Positions 34,016-47,298 of a stretch of 64,000 bases of DNA are shown one piece after another; position 1 is the first letter of the stretch; the number at the start of each line of letters is the position of its first letter. The translations under genes and the position numbers were made by a program. The DNA is from Eledone cirrhosa (taxonomy: Eukaryota). The stretch covers positions 1 through 64,000 of the forward strand of contig CAXHJY010000333.1 of the NCBI GenBank assembly GCA_964016885.1. Reading direction: 5' to 3'. The notes under the pieces are model-generated. The model did no database searches and was not told the DNA's origin. It was given only the letters and a program-made list of their open reading frames with translations.

Positions 34016-35516
34016 ATATATATATATATGATGTGGGTTATAATACATACTACCCAGTTAAGAACATGAAAATAGCTCAAATTAAAATAATAAGTATACT
34101 ACAGAGCCAAAATACAATGTAATTGTTTTGTCATTTACATTGTGTGTGTGTATATATATAATATAGAAGAAAGAAAAAGAACTTCCTCTCTCGTCTCTAT
34201 CACTTCTTTGCCTCATGGCATTTTGATGGATAAAAGGCCTCGGGCGTGCTACGGATCGATGTCCTATTTTAAGCGCCGAAACATCTATGATCCGTAGTAA
34301 ACAGCTGATGAAGGGCAACTTTTCTCTTGTTTACTAACCACACAGCCTGCCTCTTTACCTGTATTCATACATACATACATACATACATACATACATACAT
34401 ACATACATACATCAATGAGTTACACCGCCTGTCTGCGTGTCGTAAGCTACAACTAATATTGTTGACTTCAGAAATAGCACAACACAGTTATAAAACATTG
34501 CCTTCTTACTTAAAATGCTTGGTCGAACTCATGCCCGGAGACTGGTGTCGTGAAAAAACGATGAATCTCCCATAGGACCCGGTACCAACACATACATCAT
34601 AAGTCATATTTAATTCTATGCTTGTTTGTATGGAACATTCATCGCCATAGCCGACGGATATCCGTTTCTATTACACATGCGTACCAGTAACATGCTCACA
34701 AACCGTCCTCTTAAACTACACACCATAATATATGTTGAAACTCCATCAGTTGGGAAGGGGAGATAATTCAATCCAAAGACAGTAGGAATAACACAACAGC
34801 TTTAACAATAGCATAAAATTAAACTCTACACAAACACACATATGTACATACACACACATATATATATGCACACACACATATATCCATATGTATAGATAAA
34901 TTATATACCTAAACATATATATGGTGGCTGCCAACTCGTTTTCGAGTACGGCCACTACTTTATATCCATGTAGGAGAACCCCTACTGATGCGCTGAATGA
35001 GTGTGACTTGTTAGTCCAGCCAGCGACTTGAAAACTCTGGTACAAACACTACACTTGTGACAATTACTGACACATAGTGCTGGGCCCATGGTACCATGTG
35101 ACGACAAGTGCAGAGAGATCTCCAGATATAAAGCAATGCCTGTGCCGTGAAGCTTTTATAGTGAGCAAAGGCACTGCACAAAGCCAGTCCCACTCTCTTA
35201 ACCAAGATGATATGTACCAAAAAGAAGAACAAGTCAAGATCATTGGATACCATCGGGGTTGCAGGTGTTATATCAGAGTTTTCCTTCTCCTAGAATTCGG
35301 CCTTGACAAAGGCTAAGGGGTCATCTCTCCCGGAGATATATATAAACATATATATGCACTCATAGATACACACACACACACACATTTATATACATATACA
35401 TATATTTACATTATATAGATATATACACACACACACACACACACACATGTATATATACACATTTATATACATATATATATATACATTATATATACACACG
35501 TCCACACACACACACA

Positions 35517-35557
<41 letters not shown>

Positions 35558-36411
35558 CCTGAAGCAATCCACATCAATGCGCAATACACTTATCCACTTA
35601 CCTCATTAAGCTAGCTATAACTGTTCAGTAAGACATCATTTTCTGCGTCTCCCACCAAACCGTCACAACCACCTGGTAAACACTTCTACAGCTATTATTA
35701 TCCCAACTACCTCAAATATCAATACGCAAAACCAAAATACCCTTTCTAGAATTTTTAAAGAATTCTTGTGGAAATAATTCTTTGTATTGGGATGGAAAAT
35801 CGATGCTCTTAGAATTCAATAAAGGAGAAGAAAAAAATGCATTTCAAATTACACAACTGAAATAGCCAATCTAATAAAAATTACATACAAACAAGCCTAG
35901 AACCTCCTTAACTATACAATAGATAAACACATCTCGCAATAAATATTCAGAACCATCAAAGTAACCTCAGTGTTGTTGAATGATGTGCTAGAAAGAGCAG
36001 CCAGATTATATTTCTCAAATTACAATATAATGACTTAGAAGAGGGAATTGACGAAACAACACGAGTAAGAGGAACACCAACAACAAGATTAGCCACACCA
36101 ACAAAAGCAATTACAACAGCAACAACAGTAACAAGAGAAACAAAGACACTAACACAAACACCAGCAACACTACCAAAATCACTAACACCATCAATACCAC
36201 TACAAACAACGCCACCACAAACAGTAATAATAACAACAACACAACAACAAGGTACTCTCAGGTCTTGAATAATCGTCACCTCCCTGCTTATTAATTTTTC
36301 AGCTTTTATTCTAACTCCCCTACCCGCTTATTAAATTTTGCTGATCGATCTCCGGCGAAATTTGATTGTAAGTGATTCATATCGATACAGCAGCTGGAGA
36401 ATCTAATAATT

Positions 36412-36562
36412 GTTTCTAGTTTTGGCACAAGGCCAGCAATTACCCAGTAATGATGTCACGCAAAGTTATCCTCGGTGGGATTTGAACTCAAACCGTAAAG
36501 GCTCGTAGCTATGCTGTAAAGCATGTTGCTCGACACCCTACCGATACTGCCAATCCATCGCC
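36412..36562 (-). mobile_element. SINE (internally deleted) with 18-bp TSD
   Basis: CTGGAGAATCTAATAATT at 36394-36411 and 36563-36580. Confidence 0.88.
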
Positions 36563-36625
36563 CTGGAGAATCTAATAATTATTTTATTTTACATTAAAAA
36601 AACATTATATTTGACAAAAAAAAAG

Positions 36626-36750
36626 GACATTAGGCGCTGAGCTGGCCAGCCGCAGGTGTGATCTCGCAAGATGGAATAGCTCTTCCATCGCATCTCCCTT
36701 ACCATCCTCCGGGGAAACGCCTTCTTCATTCTGTCCACGAGGCTGTGGGG
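36626..36750 (+). pseudogene. C-terminal fragment of a CRE-like non-LTR retrotransposon ORF
   Basis: TLGAELASRRCD..(frameshift/stop)..LFHRISLTILRGNAFFILS resembles the LFQRxSxxxQRGNA terminal motif. Confidence 0.5.
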
Positions 36751-36898
36751 CGGCCAGCACGTGAGACCCCCTTTGTTCACTATACACAGAGATTGAGGCG
36801 ATGACGGTGGGAGTTGGGTTCTTCCGTGTTCGGACACATTGCACCAGTGAAGAGTGTATTTTCATATTTACACATTGATAAATTTGTGTGCATTATAT

Positions 36899-37010
36899 TT
36901 CAAATCCCGCCGAGGTTAACTTTGCCTTTCATCCTTACGGGGTCGATAAAATAAAGTACCAGTAATGCACTGGGTAATTGTTGGCCTTGTGCCAAAAGTA
37001 GAAACAATTA
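36899..37010 (+). mobile_element. SINE 3' part
   Basis: TTCAAATCCCGCCGAGG...GTAGAAACAATT. Confidence 0.85.
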
Positions 37011-37494
37011 TATTTATAAAGTGCCATATACACAGGCATTTTGATACTTTCTAATTAATACACCTAAAGAAAAAAATCCCATATTTACGAGCGTACACTA
37101 TACAATTACCGATCCCCCCACCCGTTTATTCTAACCCTCCCCTCCTCCGCTTATAAGAATTTAAGCAAATGTCCAACACACCCGCTTATTCCACTCAACC
37201 TCCACATCCTGTATTATTTGGGACCCGAGAGTAGCTAGCTTTAAGCAACTAAAAACAAAACAAAGAGCGTAAAAAGGAAAATCAAAATGGCGAATATGAG
37301 AAGAGAGGCTGTCGGCAGATTAAAGGCATAAGTTTACGTAACAGCAGACATTTTTACACTTCACTCTTCCGTAACAACTGTGCTATACTCTCCCCTACAT
37401 AACTCATTTCCTGTTCCGCCGACATGCCTTTTCTTTATATTTCGACATACACCCAACCCCCGAATACTTTTCTCAATATACACGTACCTCTTGC

Positions 37495-37529
<35 letters not shown>

Positions 37530-37621
37530 TATGTGTGTGTGAGAGCTAATATACATTTTAATATTTATATATATATATATTGTATATATTATGTAAATAT
37601 ACATATTTTAATGTATGTATG

Positions 37622-37806
<185 letters not shown>

Positions 37807-37807
37807 G

Positions 37808-37840
<33 letters not shown>

Positions 37841-37899
37841 GTATGTATATATATATATATATATGTATATATATGTATATATATATATATATATGTATA

Positions 37900-37960
<61 letters not shown>

Positions 37961-38505
37961 CCTTCCGTACATGCTATACACCTCACCCCGCTTCCCAGAA
38001 CATTCACAAATAACCCTTCCTCAATATCTGCACCTTTACACAATAGCTAACACCCGTACCAGCAAACACATTCTTGTTAGAGCCATAGGCATGGAAAGAT
38101 GAGTTATATATATATATATACTTACACATATACACACACATAAATATATATGTACACACATATATGTATATACATACATATAGACAGACAGAAATTCATG
38201 TCTCACCGACATTTCATAGAAAATATGTTCCTGGTGACGTAATGTCCATATGAATGAGTATGTATTTGTTATATTAAGAATTTATATATATAAAAGTACG
38301 TATATGTATATATAAATATGTATGTGTATACATAAATATGTATATGTATATATAAGTATGTATATGTATATATAAGTATGTATATATATATATATATGTA
38401 TAAGTATGTATATATATATATATGTATAAGTATGTATATGTATATATAAGTATATATATATATATATGTATATATAAGTATATATATATATATATGTATA
38501 TATAA

Positions 38506-38546
<41 letters not shown>

Positions 38547-38584
38547 GATATAAATATGTAATATATATATAAGTATATATATAA

Positions 38585-38619
<35 letters not shown>

Positions 38620-38892
38620 CATATATATATGTAGATATAAAAGTATGTATATGTATACATAAGTATGTATATGTATATATAAGTAAGTCTACATAAGTAT
38701 GTATGTGTATATAAATATGTATGTATACATACGCATGTATACATACGTATGTATATATATGTAAATATATATATGTATGTGTATTATATATGTATATGTA
38801 TATATAAATAAGTATGTATGTGTATGTATGTATATATATATGTATGTATATATATATGTATGTATGTATGTATGTATATATATATATGTATG

Positions 38893-38923
<31 letters not shown>

Positions 38924-39056
38924 GTGTATATATAAATATGCATATGTATATATAAATATGCATATGTATATATAAATATGCATATGTATATATAAATATG
39001 CATATGTATATATAAATATGCATATGTATATATAAATACGTATATGTTTATATAAG

Positions 39057-39103
<47 letters not shown>

Positions 39104-39277
39104 ATATATATATATATATATGGGTGGATGTTAACCTACTAGGCAAGGAATCTGTGCTACGGAAGTTGTACAGCTTTAAACTTACAAAAAAAAACCCTAT
39201 GAAATCCCAGAATACGTCTGATCTACCATTTGCCGGGGACATAGATGGAAACCTGGTTGATGAAGCTAGTAAATATG

Positions 39278-39280
<3 letters not shown>

Positions 39281-39315
<35 letters not shown>

Positions 39316-40165
39316 CATTACTGCTAGTATTACTACTAATTTTACTGCTACTATTACTACTACTTTTACTGCTACTATTACTACTACTTTTACTGCTACT
39401 ATTACTACTACTTTTACTGCTACTATTACTACTACTTTTACTGCTACTATTACTACTACTTTTACTGCTACTATTACTACTACTTTTACTGCTACTATTA
39501 TTACTACTGTTACTGCTACTATTACTACTACTTTTACTGCTACTATTACTACTACTTTTACTGCTACTATTATTACTACTTTAACTGCTACTATTACTAC
39601 TACTGTTACTGCTACTACTATTACTACTGTTACTGCTACTATTATTACTACAGTTACTACTACTATTACTACTACTGTTACTGCTACTATTATTACTACT
39701 TTAACTGCTACTATTACTACTACTTTTACTGCTACTATTATTACTACTGTTACTGCTACTATTATTACTACTGTTACTACTACTATTACTACTACTGTTA
39801 CTGCTACTATTATTACTACTTTAACTGCTACTATTACTACTACTTTTACTGCTACTATTATTACTACTGTTACTGCTACTATTACTACTACTGTTACTGC
39901 TACTATTACTACTACTTTTACTGCTACTATTACTATTACAGCTACTATTACTATTACTGCTGCTACTACTGTTACTGCTACTATTATTACTACTTTTACT
40001 GCTACTATTACTACTACTTTTACTGCTACGATTACTACTACTGTTTCTGCTACTATTACTACTACTAGTTGTATTACTGCTGCTACTAGTATTATTATTA
40101 TTACTACTACTACTACTATTACTACTTTTACTGCGACTACTAGTAGTATTACTACTGGTACTAGT
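39281..40165. repeat. (ACT/ATT)-derived 24-bp minisatellite
   Basis: Unit ACTGCTACTATTACTACTACTTTT and variants. Confidence 0.93.
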
Positions 40166-40173
40166 ATCATTAG

Positions 40174-40880
40174 AATTAGCAGTATCGGTAGAGGGTCGGA
40201 CGCCATGCTTTGACGCATAGAGTTACGGCCCTTTCCATTCTGAGTTCAAATCCCGCCGAGGTTAACTTTGCCTTTCAACCTTACGGGATCGATAAAATAA
40301 AATACCAGTAATACACTGAGATAAATGCTGGCCTTGTGCCAAAAGTAGAAACAATTATTACTACTAATGTTACTGCTAATTTTACTAATTTTATTACTTC
40401 TACTGCTACTAGTATTATTACCACTACTTTTTCTGCTACTATTACTACTACTTCTCTACTACTACTACTACTACTAGTATTATTATTATTATTACTACTA
40501 ATACTAGGGTTAGTGGATTGGCAGTATCGGTAGAGAATCGGACACCATGCTTTTTAGCATAGTTATGGCCCTTTACGTTCTGCGTTCAAATCCCGCCGTG
40601 GTTAGATTTGCCTTTCATCCTTACGGGGTCGATAAATAAAGCACCAGTAATACACTGGGGGTCCTTTCCTGTCTCCCCCCCCCCCAAAAAAAAAAATTAC
40701 TGGCCTTGTGCCTATACTAGAAATCATTATTATTACTACAACTACTACTAGTATTATTATTACTACTAATCCTGCCGAGGTTAACTTTGCCTTTCATCTT
40801 TCCGGGGTCGATAAAATAAAGTACCAGTAATACACTGGAATAATTGCTGTCCTTGTGCAAAAAGTAGAAACAATTATTAT
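40174..40880 (+). mobile_element. Three SINE copies (~40174-40360, 40513-40735, 40769-40880) separated by ACT/ATT tails
   Basis: Shared core and tail sequence. Confidence 0.85.
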
Positions 40881-42858
40881 TACTACTACTACATCTAATA
40901 TTATTTCTGCAACTATTACTACATCTAATATTATTACTACTAGTACTAGTACTACTACTATTACTAGTACGGCTACTATTATTATTATTACTACTACTAC
41001 ATCTAATATTATTTCTGCAACTATTGGTACATCTAGTATTATTACTACTAGTACTAGTACTACTATTACTACTAGTACTACTATTACTAGTACGACTACT
41101 ATTATTATTACTACTACTACATCTAATATTATTTCTGCAACTATTGGTACATCTAGTATTATTACTACTAGTACTAGTACTACTATTACTAGTACGACTA
41201 CTATTATTATTACTACTACTACATCTAATATTATTTCTGCAACTATTGGTACATCTAGTATTATTACTACTAGTACTAGTACTACTATTACTAGTACGAC
41301 TACTATTATTATTACTACTACTACATCTAATATTATTTCTGCAACTATTGGTACATCTAGTATTATTACTACTAGTACTAGTACTACTATTACTAGTACG
41401 ACTACTATTATTATTACTACTACTACATCTAATATTATTTCTGCAACTATTACTACATCTAATATTATTACTACTAGTACTAGTACTACTACTATTACTA
41501 GTACGGCTACTATTATTATTATTACTACTACTACATCTAATATTATTTCTGCAACTATTGGTACATCTAGTATTATTACTACTAGTACTAGTACTACTAT
41601 TACTACTAGTACTACTATTACTAGTACGACTACTATTATTATTACTACTACTACATCTAATATTATTTCTGCAACTATTGGTACATCTAGTATTATTACT
41701 ACTAGTACTAGTACTACTATTACTAGTACGACTACTATTATTATTACTACTACTACATCTAATATTATTTCTGCAACTATTGGTACATCTAGTATTATTA
41801 CTACTAGTACTAGTACTACTATTACTAGTACGACTACTATTATTATTACTACTACTACATCTAATATTATTTCTGCAACTATTACTACATCTAATATTAT
41901 TACTACTAGTACTAGTACTACTACTATTACTAGTACGGCTACTATTATTATTATTACTACTACTACATCTAATATTATTTCTGCAACTATTGGTACATCT
42001 AGTATTATTACTACTAGTACTAGTACTACTATTACTACTAGTACTACTATTACTAGTACGACTACTATTATTATTACTACTACTACATCTAATATTATTT
42101 CTGCAACTATTGGTACATCTAGTATTATTACTACTAGTACTAGTACTACTATTACTAGTACGACTACTATTATTATTACTACTACTACATCTAATATTAT
42201 TTCTGCAACTATTGGTACATCTAGTATTATTACTACTAGTACTAGTACTACTATTACTAGTACGACTACTATTATTATTACTACTACTACATCTAATATT
42301 ATTTCTGCAACTATTGGTACATCTAGTATTATTACTACTAGTACTAGTACGACTATTACTAGTACGACTACTATTATTATTACTACTACTACATCTAATA
42401 TTATTTCTGCAACTATTGGTACATCTAGTATTATTTCTACTAGTACTAGTACTACTATTACTAGTACGACTACTATTATTATTACTACTACTACATCTAA
42501 TATTATTTCTGCAACTATTACTACATCTAGTATTACTACTACTAGTACTAGTACGACTATTACTAGTACGACTACTATTATTATTACTACTACTACATCT
42601 AATATTATTTCTACTAGTACTACTATTACTAGTACGACTACTATTATTATTACTACTACTACATCTAATATTAATTCTGCAACTATTACTACATCTAGTA
42701 TTATTACTACTAGTACTAGTACTACTATTACTAGTGCGACTACTATTATTATTACTACTACTACATCTAATATTATTTCTGCAACTATTACTACATCTAG
42801 TATTATTACTACTAGTACTAGTACTACTATTACTATTGCGACTACTATTATTACTAAT
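40880..42858. repeat. 102-bp minisatellite with 108- and 120-bp variants in higher-order arrangement
   Basis: ACATCTAATATTATTTCTGCAACT marker at e.g. 41119, 41221, 41323. Confidence 0.95.
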
Positions 42859-43457
42859 GTTAAAATCCCGCCAATTGCTGGCTGTGTGCCAATAGTAGAA
42901 ACAATTATTACTAATACAACTACAGTAGTAATATTAGTAATGTTAGTTATTACCACATTAGATCTCTCACTCTCTGGACCCCCTTCTATCATTCTCTGTA
43001 AGAGATCTGCTTTACTCAGGCCCGCAGAAGGGATGGGCTTTACCGGATTATAAAAATGACCCTAAGAAACGCCATATGCCGCTACAGCACTCCTACGACC
43101 CACTCACGAGTTACGGTTCCCTACCATACCATACTATACCATTTGTAGTTCGATCGCTTATAGGATTCGATCCCGATTCCTGCTCTGTTAGTAACCGTGT
43201 GTTTCGGTTATGTTTTACTTCTCATAGTCAACTGGTTATGCGTGACACTAGAGACGATGAATTAACATACCATGAAAATAAAATGATCAGATAAGGCTGG
43301 GTGGCGTTCGGGTGGCGTGTGGGGTGGATGAAAAGGCTAAAGAAGACATTTCTATGTGAGGTGTCAAGTTGTTGTTATTAACTTTTTCATTGTTTTTGTG
43401 TTCCATGTTTGAGGCTCCACTACTCCGCTCTCCCATTTTCTCATTCTCTCTCTCTAT

Positions 43458-43530
<73 letters not shown>

Positions 43531-43535
<5 letters not shown>

Positions 43536-43723
43536 AGAAGGTATGACCCCGACGGCAGAGCTCAAGCCATTTCGACGGCTATTTCTGGTCCAGAAATAGC
43601 CTTCCTAACGGCTTGAGCTCTGCCGTCGGGGTCATACCTTCTCCTATTTCGCACTCCACTACCCTAAGTATTGAGTACTCTGGTGCGTTATGGTCCATCT
43701 GGTTCCTTACCACAATTCCTGTG

Positions 43724-43725
<2 letters not shown>
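43531..43725 (+). mobile_element. Family P element as asymmetric palindrome
   Basis: Short arm 43531-43588, 1-nt centre at 43589, long arm 43590-43725; flanked by TA. Confidence 0.85.
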
Positions 43726-43763
<38 letters not shown>

Positions 43764-44194
43764 TAAAATAACAGATTAATGTTTAAGCAAAGAATCGCTG
43801 CTTTCACCCTTAACGGGATCTTCTGAAACTAACAAAGTCAATCTGTAAACGCAGAACTGGATATTTCAAAAAACGTTGCAGCCGGAGGAAGACAGGAAGA
43901 CGATACTTTGGTTCGTGGAAACGTTCGCTGGCTAAGAACGGGAAAAAACGAATAATACGTCATTAATAGGAGCGGTGAAAAACAATTACGCGCAAAGACA
44001 GAACCACGTTTATGGTATAAAAGAGGTCGTAGACTAATGTTCTCTTAGGTGGTGCATAGAGACGTTCTCTGGCAAGGAACGAAAAAACGAAGATAATAAG
44101 TCATATGTGGAGCGTGGAGAACAATAGCACGCAAAGACAAAACCACGTAAATGGTATAGCAGAAGTTGTAGACTAAAATTCTAACTAGGAGACC

Positions 44195-45172
44195 AATCTC
44201 TCGGTCGTTAATTACCTCGACGTTACCCTCAATTTATTGAATGGGTTGTATTCCCCGTATAGAAAGCCGAATGATACACTTAATTACATAAGTAAGCATT
44301 CCAACCATCCTGCCAGCATAACCAAGAACCTGGTAAAAAACGTTTCGTTGAGGCTTTCCCGTCTTTCCACCAACGAGCGCATTTTCAATGACCATTCCAC
44401 TTATTACAATGAAAATCTTGCTCGAAGTGGATTTGTCGATAAGGTAGCATATACAGAGTACGAAAATAGACCTAGAAGAAATAGATCCCGTCGCATTTGT
44501 TGGTTTAACCCACCATATAATATGGAGGTGGCCACACCATTAGCTAAGATCTTTCTTTCCCTTATTACGAAGCATTTTCCCCCTACACATAAATATAGTA
44601 AAATTTTTAATAGAAATACTATTCAAATTTCTTACTCTACGACTCCTAACCTTGCACATAACATCACAGCTTCAAATTTAGCTAAACTACCTAGCCGTAG
44701 GAACACGTGCAACCCTGTAGTTAGTACTAACTGTAATTGTAGAAATCGGGCTGATTGCCCCCTATCCGGGAAATGCCTCTCTAGTAACATTGTCTACAAA
44801 TGTAAGGTTGTAACACCCACGTCCCGTAGGGCCTACATAGGGTTAACCGCCAATAGTTTCAAGCAGCGTATTTACATGCATACCCATTCTTTTCGTTACC
44901 CTCTAAGAAGGAATATGACGTCACTTTCAGCTTATATCTGGAGTCTAAAAGATAACCACACCCAATATAAGTTACACTCGGAGATCCTAGCTAGGGCTAG
45001 ATCGTATAACGGAAATAAAAGACCATGTGACCTCTGCGCAGCTGAGGCCCTGGAAATACTCTACGCCACAGACCACATCTTAAACAAAAACTCTGAGGCA
45101 ATTTCGGCTTGTAAACATAAATTGCACAAAACTTTCCTGTATTACAGCCCCATGTTATACCCTAACGGATAG
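44195..45172 (+). CDS. PLE polyprotein C-terminus: RT motif 7/thumb, Cys linker, GIY-YIG endonuclease (Naiad-like); 5' truncated, frame intact
   Basis: NLSVVNYLDVTLNL, YRKPND...SNHP, WFNPPY, CNCx5Cx5C, NIVY...YIGLT..FKQR..H, CDLC..E, LNK..E..CKH. Confidence 0.95.
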   Translation, partial: NLSVVNYLDVTLNLLNGLYSPYRKPNDTLNYISKHSNHPASITKNLVKNVSLRLSRLSTNERIFNDHSTYYNENLARSGFVDKVAYTEYENRPRRNRSRRICWFNPPYNMEVATPLAKIFLSLITKHFPPTHKYSKIFNRNTIQISYSTTPNLAHNITASNLAKLPSRRNTCNPVVSTNCNCRNRADCPLSGKCLSSNIVYKCKVVTPTSRRAYIGLTANSFKQRIYMHTHSFRYPLRRNMTSLSAYIWSLKDNHTQYKLHSEILARARSYNGNKRPCDLCAAEALEILYATDHILNKNSEAISACKHKLHKTFLYYSPMLYPNG

Positions 45173-46096
45173 CACGATCTATACGTGGATATTTTACGTC
45201 TTGATGTGGGAGCTAAGTATATGTTTTGTTTATTCCTTTACTTATTTGCATAGGTAAGTATATATTACCCGTATGTTTTGTGGAGGTATGTATACCTTCT
45301 CGTACGTATATTTGACTATTTTGGCGTATAATTTTTACATATTCTGGTATTTAGGGTTTGGCTATGTGTATACGGGAGTTTTGCGTCTGCATGAGTAAGC
45401 AGGTTCGTACGTATGGTGGGTGTGTGTATATGTGTACTTCTTGTTTTAGTTGACTTACGTCTCCGAACATTCGTGTATTTATTTGTAGGTATGTGTGTGC
45501 GCTTGTTATATACGTATTTATTTACTTATATACGTTTATATAATTATTTATTTATTTGTACACAAGCATACACACACATATTTATATGTGCGTGGTTTCG
45601 TATACCTATGGTAAGGTTTTGCGTATGCTTGTGTATGTATGTATCTGTTTGCGTGTATGTATTTATTTGTTTCTATTACTTCTGTATTGTATTTATTTAC
45701 TTTGTTCTTAACTCTGTAGCGGAGATTCATTTGGTCTCCTAGTTAGAATTTTAGTCTACAACTTCTGCTATACCATTTACGTGGTTTTGTCTTTGCGTGC
45801 TATTGTTCTCCACGCTCCACATATGACTTATTATCTTCGTTTTTTTGTTCCTTGCCAGAGAACGTCTCTATGCACCACCTAAGAGAACATTAGTCTACGA
45901 CCTCTTTTATACCATAAACGTGGTTCTGTCTTTGCGCGTAATTGTTTTTCACCGCTCCTATTAATGACGTATTATTCGTTTTTTCCCGTTCTTAGCCAGC
46001 GAACGTTTCCACGAACCAAAGTATCGTCTTCCTGTCTTCCTCCGGTTGCAACGTTTTTTGAAATATCCAGTTCTGCGTTTACAGATTGACTTTGTT

Positions 46097-46147
46097 AGTT
46101 TCAGAAGATCCCGTTAAGGGTGAAAGCAGCGATTCTTTGCTTAAACT
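46097..46147 (+). ncRNA. Hammerhead-like motif with variant core CAGAAGA
   Basis: AGTTT-CAGAAGA-TCCCGTTAAGGGT-GAA-AGCA..TGCT-T-AAACT; same core at 20104, 20366 and in the inverted arm (~43780-43830). Confidence 0.6.
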
Positions 46148-46276
46148 TTAATCTGTTATTTTAATAAATATTTGCTCTACGGTTCTTATAAATTTGATAT
46201 ATATTTTCCTTATCGAGACCTCTTTGGATTTTAGTCTTCAATTTTATTATTACTATATATATATATATATATATAT

Positions 46277-46600
46277 TTTAATATAGAAATGAATTCTACA
46301 GGATTAGAACTGTTTCATTCGGAGGAAATCATCAGAAAGCCGACTGTCAATGTAAATTTCTGGTATTCATACACTTTGTCATGGCGAGGGAAGGGTAGTG
46401 GTTGGGGAAACTTTAAAGAAAGAAGTTTAGTGGCAAGTTCCAATTGAAATAAACACTTCTTTATTCTATAGTACAATTCCTCCGAATGAAACAGTTCTAG
46501 TCCTGTAGAAGCCATTACTATATTAAATTACTTTTACTCTGCTATGTTTTGAGTACCATACTTACTCTGGTTACCCCCGATTTAACCCGGGATCTACATA
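46277..46600 (+). mobile_element. Short element end with 5' inverted stub
   Basis: 46277-46328 is inverted relative to 46475-46527; 3' end TGGTTACCCCCGATTTAACCCGGGATCTA is shared with ~33733-33762 (minus). Confidence 0.65.
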
Positions 46601-46622
46601 TATATATATATAGATATAGATA

Positions 46623-46817
46623 TAACGAAGGAAATGTGGTAAGGAACCAGGTGGACCATAACGCACCAGAGTACTCAATACTTAGGGTAGTACAGTGGGT
46701 AATAGGAAAATGTAAGACCCTGACGGCAGAGCTCAAGCCCTTTCGACGGCTATTTCTGGACTGAAATAGCCGTCGAAACGGCTTGAGCTCTGCCGTCGGG
46801 GTCTTACATTTTCCTAT
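46623..46817 (-). mobile_element. Family P element as asymmetric palindrome
   Basis: Long arm 46623-46759, centre 46760, short arm 46761-46817. Confidence 0.85.
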
Positions 46818-46852
46818 ATATATATATATATACATGTGTGTGTATATATATA

Positions 46853-46939
<87 letters not shown>

Positions 46940-47134
46940 GTGTCTGTGTGTATATATATATATATGTGTGTGTGTATATATATGTATGTGTGTGCGTGTA
47001 TATTTATATATATATGTATATATATATGCATGTTTATGAGTTTTGCATAGGATTTTACGTATTGTATGTGTTTGTACATATGTCTGTATGTATGCATATA
47101 TATATAAATATATATCTGTGTATGGATATATATG

Positions 47135-47169
<35 letters not shown>

Positions 47170-47298
47170 ATGGATATATATATATATGTGTGTGTGTGTA
47201 TGAATATATATATATCTGTGTGTGTATGTATGGATATATATGTATATATATATGTGTGTGTGTGTATATGTGTGTATGTGTGTGTATGTGTATATATA

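Larger units (their letters stand above)
36255..37231. mobile_element. Non-autonomous TIR DNA transposon (Tc1/mariner-pogo type) with nested insertions
   Basis: TA|CTCTCAGGTCTTGAATAAT ... ATTATTTGGGACCCGAGAG|TA (15/19 TIR match); subterminal CCCGCTTATT repeats. Confidence 0.65.
43756..46253 (+). mobile_element. 5'-truncated Penelope-like element with inverted pseudo-LTR
   Basis: 43756-44196 is a near-perfect inverted copy of 45731-46171; RT/GIY-YIG coding sequence lies between; both ends in (TA)n. Confidence 0.95.

Noticed and set aside
34984-35045. CTGATG-CGCTG...CAGCG...GAAAC-TCTG-GTA hammerhead candidate
   Set aside because: The core lacks A9, there are extra bases before GAAA, and no stem I.
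39245-43053. Mucin-like Thr/Ser-rich ORFs
   Set aside because: They are ACT/ATT satellites open on both strands, and the frames begin or end inside SINE sequence.
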